Shown here piece after piece: positions 54,750 through 64,000 of a stretch of 64,000 nt of DNA. The position numbers and the translations under genes are program-made. The notes below the pieces were generated by a model. That model was not told where the DNA came from. It ran no database searches and was given only the letters and a program-made list of their open reading frames with translations. The DNA is taken from contig OX597815.1 in the NCBI GenBank assembly GCA_951406725.2, positions 111,724,001-111,788,000 on the forward strand, given 5' to 3'. Within the stretch, counting starts at the first letter, position 1, and the number at the start of each line of letters is the position of its first letter. The DNA comes from Octopus vulgaris (taxonomy: Eukaryota).

Positions 54750-56175
54750 CATGATATGTCCTGCACTCCAATTCCCGAAATGCCAGGATCAGAACAGGCA
54801 CTTACAAACAACTTTAGGGGCCCAACCAAGGCCTTTGACACTGTCAATCGTGAGGGACTTCCAAATATCATGGAAATGTTCGGCTGCCCGGACAATTCTT
54901 TCAGTATGGTGCGACAGTTCCACAACAGTATGCTTGCTCGTCTACTGGAGTGTTGTGAAGTTTCTTGCGACGTATTTCCAGTCGCTAACGGAACCAAGCA
55001 AAACTCCATACTAATAGTTAAGCTGTTTCGCATGATGTTCTCACCCATGATGTCAGATTCTTTCTTTAACTGCAAGTAAACCAGCATCAAGATCAGAATC
55101 AGGACTGATGGCAGACACCTCAATTTGATGAGGCTAAAGCCAAGATCAAAGTGGAGGAGGACACTGGGGGCAACTTCCAGTTCACAGACGACTGCGCTCT
55201 CTACGCTGCCACAGATGCCCAGATGCAGCAGAAAATGAACTTCTTTTCCACTGCTTGTAATAAGTTTGACCTCGCAATTAGTACTCAGATGAAAGAGTTC
55301 ATGCACCAACCTACCCCACAGAAATCGTAAGTAGAACTATCTACAACAGTCAAAGGGGAAACCCTGGAAAGTTTTGATATTTTTATATACCTCAGCAGCA
55401 CACCTAGATTTGTGAGTATTGACTATAAAGTCGACACACGCATCGCCAAGGGAAAGTTAGCATATGTGCGGCTACATGTATCAGTGTGGAACAGGAGAGG
55501 CATTACGCAGGTCACCAAGCTGAGGGTGCACAAGGCAACAGCACTCACTACGTGACTGTACGGCAGGGAGACTTGGTCGGTTTACAAACGCCACATGAAA
55601 AAACTAAACTACTTCCTCATGAACTCCCAAAGAAGGTTTTTGAAACCCACCTTGCAAAACAGGGTCCCAAGTGCAGAGGACTTCTCTCGAGCTGATCGAC
55701 GAAGCATTTACACCCTATTGTGGAGAGCCCAAGTCAGGTGAGCTGGTAGACTTCTTTCAATGCCTCAAAGTCGAAAATCCAGGAGACTGTTGTACAGTGA
55801 AATATCAGGAGACACGGACAAGCTAGGCGGACAGAAAATTGCTTGAAGGATACATTTAAAGCCTCAGTGAAAAGCCTTAAGATCAACCCGACAACATGAA
55901 ATGCAACCGCACGACCGTCCAGCCTGGTGATGATGCACTAATAAAGGCCCATCTCCTACGAATAGAACAGGATTTCAAGGGCACAAAGAAAACGTGAAGC
56001 ACGCAAGTCAAGAGCCAACTGCCCGCCTTCAGTTTCACCAGTCCACCAGTTCCCGACCAGCGGCAGATACCTCCGAGCAGACATCTGACTGATCGATCAT
56101 AGCTGGACACACCTTTCCAAGTCCTCTCCCACGAGATATCATTTGTCATCGTAGGCAATGATGGACGAATTAATA
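54750..56175 (+). mobile_element. RTE-BovB-like LINE 3' half, decayed
   Basis: TKAFDTVNREGL..FGCP..MVRQFHNSMLARL..FPVANGTKQ; FTDDCAL; QVRWAG-like. 3' end gatggacgaat. Confidence 0.85.
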
Positions 56176-57377
56176 ATTTGAAAATATATTTGAATGCCTA
56201 AGACTAGAAACATTTCTTATGAAACACATCATTTAAGCATTCAAGTGAATGAACATGAAGTGCTTTTCCGGGGACTGGAAACCATTGATGTGTTAATGCT
56301 TAAAATGATACACCCCAAGAACTAGAACAATATTGTATAAACGTGATATAAACGTAAATTGCGTATCGTGGTTGTGATTATGTCAATAATTTGTAGATGC
56401 TTTTAACGATAAAAAATATAAACCACAAATATTTAATATCACACACATATCGAAATTAATTAAACACTGCCTCGGCGTAAAGTTTAAATGTCTTAATGAA
56501 GAAATTAATTAAAGTATTTGTCAACTCTGTCATTACATTTCTAACGGGCGATCTGCATTCTGAAGGACTTCAGATTGCTTGACAATTACGAATGATCAGA
56601 AAAATTCAGATGCATTTTATATTTTACCGATTGATTGTTGAAAGCGAAGGACATGATTTAGAAGTTGATTGAGATTTGAAAAAATACAAAAGAGTATTTT
56701 CTATGTATAGAGTTTAATCCAAAATGTGAAAGAAAAGAAAATATTAATATATCAATTTTAGCTCACATATTTGCTATTGAGCAAGCTAAAGAATGTTAAA
56801 AGTATATTTAGAAGGATAAGAAACTACTTAATTGATGTAAAAAAAATAAATAAACATACACATTATAGAATATCAATCATTCAGGATGAACTAGAATTAA
56901 ATAATAAAACTAAATTTATATGATGTATCTATCCACATATTTCTATATTGTGAGTTTATGTGAAAATAAACACTGAAAAAAAAATTACTTAATTTGTCAA
57001 TACAAAGAAAAGGAAACGAACATTCATAATCTTCTGAATAGTCGAACTTACGTGAAAAAGTATCTTTCATTTTCGATGCACTTGTAAATTTTGACTGTGA
57101 TAGGAAATTGTAATGCAGTTGTATCTAAATAATATATAGTGAAGACAAATCTTTCGAACGAATCAATTTGAATTCTATTATGGGTGAGAATATGGCCAGG
57201 TAGGAGATGAGATAGTCTGCAGAATTACATATAAATTATTTCTGCTTGATTTAAATTTTCTTATATGATGTCAAACCATGTCACACGTGTCATATATATA
57301 CTTAAATAACAAATGGTTTTTATTTTCCGTTTCGTTTAGCTGAAAATATCACTATATTTGATACCATTGTTGAAACT

Positions 57378-57433
<56 letters not shown>

Positions 57434-58846
57434 AGTGTGTGTGTGTGTGTGCGTGTGTATGTGTGCGTGTGTGTGTGCATGTGTGTATAGTTTCATAGTC
57501 AGGTCAAAATAAAAGAACGGAAACTGGCACATTTAGTTTGCTGTATATCAACGATATCTTGCTTCACGGCAATTTCGCAAAATAGACAAGTAATAATTAC
57601 AAACTAACACCAGGATATAATATTTAAATCGAGGGTTTAACGGAATTAGTTGTCTAGTGGACGTTATGTACGCAGTTACAAACGTCTTCTACTAAATGAT
57701 CTTGATATCTTTGTCAGCTGATAAAATTAGAACAAAAATGAAATTTCACGTAGTAGAATCTGATTATATTGGATTAAATGTGACACTGAAAAGTCTAATG
57801 AATTCATTCAACAACAACTTTACATTCGACTATACCAACAATGATTAAGATGTTCTCATTTAAAAATATTTTTAATCCTTTCAATAGAAAATGTGTAATA
57901 TGTTTAGAGTTACGAATTAGAAGTTCTTAAAATTCAACAGTTATTTACTGAAAACATCCTGAGGGATAACCAACACTGAATTAATCCGTAATACATAAAA
58001 TAAACTTTGGTTTTAATAATCGGAAGACAATGTATAATAACATCCATATACATCTATTACAGACTCGATATAAAACGCGATAATATTTATATATGGGAAA
58101 TATATTTGGAGGTGAAAAAATAATTAACACTTAGAAGAGATCTGAATTGAATGTATATGAACTGCTACTAATAAATTCAGTATACTAGATAAAATAAAAT
58201 TAAGCAACTAAGATTAGAGGGTGAATACGGTAAAATGTTCAGAATAAACCATAATTATATTTTACATGTATCGTAATATAATATAGGTTGAGATATTTGC
58301 ATGTAAAACGGATATCAGCTTCATTGTCTCTACTTAGTACAAGCTGCCGCTTTATCAATTACATTAGTCTTGTTTGTTCCGTTTAAGTAACTTGACAACA
58401 TAACATACTTCACACAAAGGATATTCCTGTTTTTCATATATGCTAGCGTCATCAACAAGAGTGTATACACAGCAAAATATTGATAATGCTATAAATTCAG
58501 AAGAAAAATTGGACTATCGATTCGACTACCATTGGTAGTAATGAGACCACCGTCACTTCTGCTAATATTAACAGTACTTCCAACACCAGAACTACGACTA
58601 ATACTACGATCAGCACTACTTCTCTTCTTTCCATGTTTTTCTACTTCACTTCCTTTCTGTGTTTCTTCTATATTTTTCTTTTTATGAAAGACGATCGTCC
58701 GAAACGTCAAGACTATTGCCCTTTCTTCTTAGAGATGAAATAATAATATAATACATACTAAAATTCACGAAAAATATAAAAAATGTAAGCATTTGTAAAT
58801 TGTGTGCTGGTGCCATGAGAAATGGTTCTATTTTGTGACAGTTAAA

Positions 58847-59230
58847 GGCGGCGAGCGGGCAGAATCGCTAGCACGCCGGACAAAATACTTAGCGGTATTT
58901 CGTCTGCGCTACGTTCTGAGTTCAAATTCCGCCGAGGTCGACTTTGACTTTCATCCTTTCAAGGTCGATTATATAAGTACCAGTTACGCACTGGGGTCGA
59001 TATAATCGACTTAGTCCGTTTGTCTGTCCTTGTTTGTCCTCACTGTGTTTAGCCCATTGTGGGTAGTAAAGAAATAGGTATTTCGTCTGTCTTTACGTTC
59101 TGAGTTCAAATTCTGCCGAGGTCGACTTTGCCTTTGATAAATTAAGTACCAGTTGTGTACTTGGGTCGATCTAAACAATTGGCCCCCTCCCTCTCGAAAA
59201 TTCAGGATTTGTGCCTATAGTAGAAAAGCA
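58847..59230 (+). mobile_element. tRNA-derived SINE, dimer-like
   Basis: ggcggcgagcgggcagaatcg..gagttcaaattccgccgaggtcgac core present twice. Confidence 0.9.
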
Positions 59231-59404
59231 TATTGTGACACTTACAGGACATAGAAAAAAGTGTGAAACCGATTACTATATATTCCATCCAAAATATCTG
59301 TTACGCAAACGTAAGCAGAATTACTATTTAGTCTTAAAATACATCGTACATATTCAGAGAATTCTCTTAGTTTAGTGGTACGGAGCATTTTTCTCGTATT
59401 AGTT

Positions 59405-59597
59405 CCTTTATTTGTTTCAGTCATTTGACGGTGGCCATGCCGGAGCACCACTCTTTAGTCGAAGAAATTGACCCTTGCAGTTATTCCCTGTAAGCCTGGT
59501 GGTTACTCTATCAGTCTATTCTGCTGAACAGCTATGTTACTGGGATGAAAACACATCAACGTCGGTTGTCAAGCAAAGTTGGTGGGGGTCAAACACA
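59405..59597 (-). mobile_element. SINE 3' half
   Basis: gtttcagtcatttgacggtggccatgccggagcacc is the reverse complement of the tail seen at 28400-28440. Confidence 0.7.
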
Positions 59598-59678
59598 AAT
59601 AAAAACACACGCACTATATATTTCGTGTTATTTTGCTTCAGTGTTATTTATTTTACATTAATCTTAATCTTATTTCGG

Positions 59679-59718
59679 CCAGAGTTCTTTCGTCACACTC
59701 CTGTGACCGCATCAGTGG
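59679..59718 (-). ncRNA. Hammerhead-like motif, CUGAUGC core (left arm)
   Basis: Exact reverse complement of 60364-60403. Confidence 0.6.
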
Positions 59719-60363
59719 TCCTTTGTTTTCTTCTTACTTATTTGTGTCTCTCCTTAGTAACTGTCAGCCATTTTGTATTTCTTTTATATATCTTCATTTG
59801 CGCATGCTTATATCTCTATGTGCGTCTATGTTTATTTAGTGTGTGTATTAAAATATTAAAATATTGTCCACACATAGAACAGATGCAACAATTAGACAAA
59901 TTACAGAAGCTACACACATAATAGAAAATAAACCTAGCCTGAATAGAAAACTAGAATGGAGCACTAACACACACCACAACATATGACGATAGAGGATCCT
60001 GAAAACATAATAAATACACAGATGAATAAACTAATAGAAATAAATGACTATATATATATATATTTATATTTTTTTTTTCGATTCGATTTATTATTATTAT
60101 TATTAATAGTATATGTAATGATAATATTAAGTGGATGTAAACACATGAACAAAATAAGAATAAACAAAAACAAAATACATATTACATGAACATATATAAA
60201 CAGAAGATACAAATATTACAGGCATCCCCCCACATACACACACTAAATAAACATAGACGCACAAAGAGATATAAGCATGCGCAAATGAAGACATACAATA
60301 GAAATACAAAATGGCTGACGGTTAGTAAGGAGAGACACAAATAAGTAAGAAGAAAACAAAGGA

Positions 60364-60403
60364 CCACTGATGCGGTCACAGGAGTGTGACGAAAGAACTC
60401 TGG
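60364..60403 (+). ncRNA. Hammerhead-like motif, CUGAUGC core (right arm)
   Basis: CCA-CUGAUGC-g-GUCAC-aggagu-GUGAC-GAAA-gaac-UC-UGG. Stem I 3 bp, stem II 5 bp, CUC triplet. Confidence 0.6.
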
Positions 60404-60520
60404 CCGAAATAAGATTAAGATTAATGTAAAATAAATAACACTGAAGCAAAATAACACCAAATATATAGTACGTGTGTTTTTATTGGCTAAACTGGCAATA
60501 TGACCATTCCGAAATATAAC

Positions 60521-60629
<109 letters not shown>

Positions 60630-60696
60630 CACATGTGGATCGCTGGCGATTTATTTCCTCCCTCTTCCTTTTCCTTTGTACTTTCCTCTGTCTCCT

Positions 60697-60731
60697 GTTT
60701 CTGACGAAGAGCTTTTCTCGAAACGTAATCT
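60697..60731 (+). ncRNA. Minimal hammerhead ribozyme in a solo Penelope-type terminal repeat (~60630-60830)
   Basis: guuu-CUGACGA-a-GAG-cuuuu-CUC-GAAA-C-GUA. Motif and downstream flank resemble 22570-22678 (minus). Stem I is decayed. Confidence 0.7.
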
Positions 60732-62668
60732 TACCTTTCTTTCCTTCCCTGAGTTAACACTGTATATGCACAACGTCCTCGCGTTGTTATTTTTCTTGTG
60801 TTTGATATTCGTTTTTATTTTGGTGGGGGATTAAATATATATATATATATATATTGAAGTGGTGTTAATGCTGGCTGGCTGGTGCGATACTGTGGTTTGC
60901 TGGTACGCCGAGTGAGGTCCACCTCTGTTTCTCATATTTTCTAAGAACATTTGCATTTGCTCTTGATTCACGTGTTCTCGATTCTGTTGATCCTTATCTT
61001 TCTTATTTTTTAAAATACACTGCTTTTTGGTTCTGGCTAATTTGTTCTACCCTTAGCTGATTTTTTCCATCCTATGCCGTACGCTTCCTCTCCTCTGGGC
61101 TTATTTCGATTCTTCTCTGTCTCATCTTCGTGTGATTTTGATTCCTTATTTCCACCCGCTGTTCCTCGCGCACCTGTTCTTTCCTTCTACGCTGACACTC
61201 TTGTACTGCGTCGCTCATGCGATAATCCATATTTCAAAGCTTTTTATTAAAACAATTAACTTCCAGAATGATTCAGAGAGTTTCAAGTGAAAAACATATA
61301 CGTATGTATTAGACAGTTTTTGTTTAAAATGTGAAAATATTTCTGAATTACTCACTTAATATGTAAGGACACAGCCTATAGGATAGGGTAATTAATTATA
61401 TTGTAATAAAGTGAAAAGTAAAGGGAAAAAATAGAATTAACATGATTTTGTTCGGCTCTATTAATTTAACTTTTTTTTAAAGCTTTCGTGAATTGCTTGA
61501 TATAAGAAAGAAGAAATTCCAACTTAAAAAATATAAAAATAGAAAGTTGCGTTTATTTCCACCACGCGACATTTATTATCGCGCACATACACATACATTC
61601 TTATATGCGCGCGCGCGTGTGTGTGTGTGTTTGTGTGTGAGTGTGAGTGTGTGTGCGTGAGTGTGTGTGTGTCTTTAAGTTTTCGTTTACTTATATACAT
61701 CAGCACATGAGCCAATTGAATAACTCTGTGTGATTGTTCAATTTGCTAGAAATAACAGCCAAATCTCTCATACTATGCTCTTGTTAGTATTAAGAAAAGG
61801 GAGAAAATAAGAATTAATATTTTTGATTTTGGTCGGCTCTATGTATTTAATTTTCTTTAATGCTTTCGACCATTACTTGATACAAGAAAAAAAGAAACTG
61901 GAAAACCCCTGACCAAAAGAGAGAAATTTTATCTAAACAATAAAATATAGAAAGAGAAAGAAAAGGTTGTGTTCCAAAGCCAAAAGATGTTTTTTAACTG
62001 AGGTGTCATTTTATAAATAACACAAATTCAAAATTTTAATTTTGACTTTACATGTTATCTGGTGTGTGGTGGAATTCAAACGAGTAGAAGGCCTAAAACA
62101 AATGTGTTTGTGTATTTGTGGTTGGACCTTTAGTAGCCAGGGGTCAACTTCAGTTTAATCGTAGAAAGGAATTCAAATACCTATGAGCTACCCCATATCT
62201 CTCTCTCTCTCTCTCTCTCTTTCTCTCCCCGTTGTTCGACACACGCGTCAACTTTATCTTAATTTTCTCATTAAGATCGTTGCTGCTTCGATGGCCCAGT
62301 AGGCATGGGTATTGATATGTTATAAGACACCACATAGATTGTGGCTTCAAATGTCTTCCAGAAATCACAATAGATCTAGTTAAAAATATTCATTTTAAGT
62401 AACAACATTTTTTCAGTAATTTCTTTCTCTTAAGAGTGACACAATCGTCATGTTCGTACAAAAAAAAAAAAAAAACTGGCGTATTGATATTATTGCTGAC
62501 TAATCCTTTCTGTATTAACTTCATTCATTTCGTGTTCATTCATTTCTATATATAGACATGTGTGTCAATTCAGTTTTATTTCAAGATTTCTTGCCAATAA
62601 AGTTTCTAATCTAAATCCAAGGCTCCTTCAATGAAATATCAACAACATAAACATAGTATTTTTGTATG

Positions 62669-62747
<79 letters not shown>

Positions 62748-62809
62748 CTGCAGATTTATATTATTCGTCTTATGAATGTATTGTCATGCATATAGTTGCA
62801 TGTTTAGAC

Positions 62810-64000
62810 ATGCTCATATATACTTAAAGGATAAGCTTCTGGAAAGTTTTACAAATTTTAACGGTCCCAGTGATGGCTTACATCTGTAGACTTCAAGTCA
62901 CCTTTCTCCTTTTCTGGCTTTGAGAAGCTTAATTTCTTAAGATTGGTATTTGGGCAGTGTGCTATAAATCTCAGTGCCCCAATAATTAGAGATATAAACC
63001 TGAATTTGTAGTTCGGTTAGAGTAGTTGTAGATTCTTCAATAATTCAGTGTAGATATTTTCTTTTTCACTGATCTTTGTCAGCATCCACTTTGCAGCTAA
63101 TTTCCACAACTGTACACGGTTTCTCTTCTCAATCCCAAATCACTAAATCAGGTCTATTATGCTTACATTCTATTAAGATTTTCTCTAGGTTATTCCACCA
63201 GTACTCATTTTTATGGCTTCTATCATACTGGAGGTTCTTATTTCTTTGTCCTAGGATTTATCCATCGGACGGGTCTCATTATACAGTGTCCTAGCGAAAA
63301 CATCATGTCTTATCGGCGGATAATACCGTAAAGACAGATTCGGACAACTGCTTGTGATGTGGACCATGTCTTCAGTGTTAACTCCATGAAGTCTGCAACG
63401 GTTGTCATATTTTGCTGTTTTTTCTGTGCCTCTGTCCCTTTTCTGCATAATTCATTTGATTGATATTTCTCGTTCCTGGACTGAAAACGCTTACCTTTCA
63501 AAGTGGGAGTTAGTAATCCGGTCGTTGTTCATTTTCTTCACGTGCATATAATTTGCAAAACGTTTCACATCATCCAGGATGAAACACTTCGTAATTTTGG
63601 TATTTCTGTTTCCTTGTGAACCAGTGACATATCCTTCACATTTCCTTAACATGAACTTAACATGAATGACAAGGGATTTACAGACAGTATAAAGGACATT
63701 GCAGAGAGGTGGTCCCCTTGGAATATACCTCTGCGATACTGTGTTCTATCAGTGATAATACAATCAAACACTCCTTGTATTATACTTCAATATGGTGGCA
63801 CACGAGGAAATCAGGCCAGCTATTGCTTTGACTATGCTCACTGGAACTTAAGCAAGTAGAAGGGCTTCTAGTATCTATGAGCTGGATATAGAGTCAAAGG
63901 ATTTCTTGTAGTCCAGCCACATTGAAATGAGGTTCCTCCTATGTTCCTGCATCCCTGATATTACAGTTTCGTTTATTAACACTTGCCCAGCATATATCCA
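62810..64000 (-). mobile_element. R4-clade RLE non-LTR retrotransposon fragment (RT, CCHC, RLE), running off the window
   Basis: WLDYKKSFDS, GIFQGDHLS, CRLHGVNTEDMVHITSSC..IRHD, HNRPDLVIWD, IIGAL. Confidence 0.85.

Larger units (their letters stand above)
59598..60484. repeat. ~250-bp near-perfect inverted repeat (59598-59848 / 60234-60484) with ~385-bp spacer
   Basis: ORFs 59633(+) and 60243(-) translate almost identically. Confidence 0.95.

Overview
This is an AT-rich, microsatellite-dense eukaryotic window. The tRNA-derived SINE families and (TA)n/(TAA)n density point to an octopus or other coleoid genome (inference). No intact host gene is evident, and most ORF-track entries are translations of microsatellites or antisense strands of transposons. 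The window holds about ten co-oriented (minus-strand) decayed R4/Dong-type RLE retrotransposon fragments, most beside (TAA)n tracts, and five copies of a ~555-bp non-coding element found in (TAA)n. It also holds two decayed Penelope-like elements (RT + GIY-YIG), a near full-length CR1/L2-group LINE whose ORF1 has a Myb/SANT-like region and two CCCH fingers, a truncated relative of that LINE, RTE fragments, a pogo-family transposase fragment and many SINEs. Other features are a long-TIR MITE carrying TTAGGG repeats and a 1.5-kb A-tract minisatellite with ~11-bp periodicity. The most notable hidden layer is about 11 minimal hammerhead-ribozyme motifs. Four sit as outward-facing pairs in large inverted repeats, and three have a non-canonical CUGAUGC core. 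A decayed C-type-lectin-like exon set at ~30.3-30.9 kb is a tentative host pseudogene. All calls are by eye, and boundaries of decayed elements are approximate.
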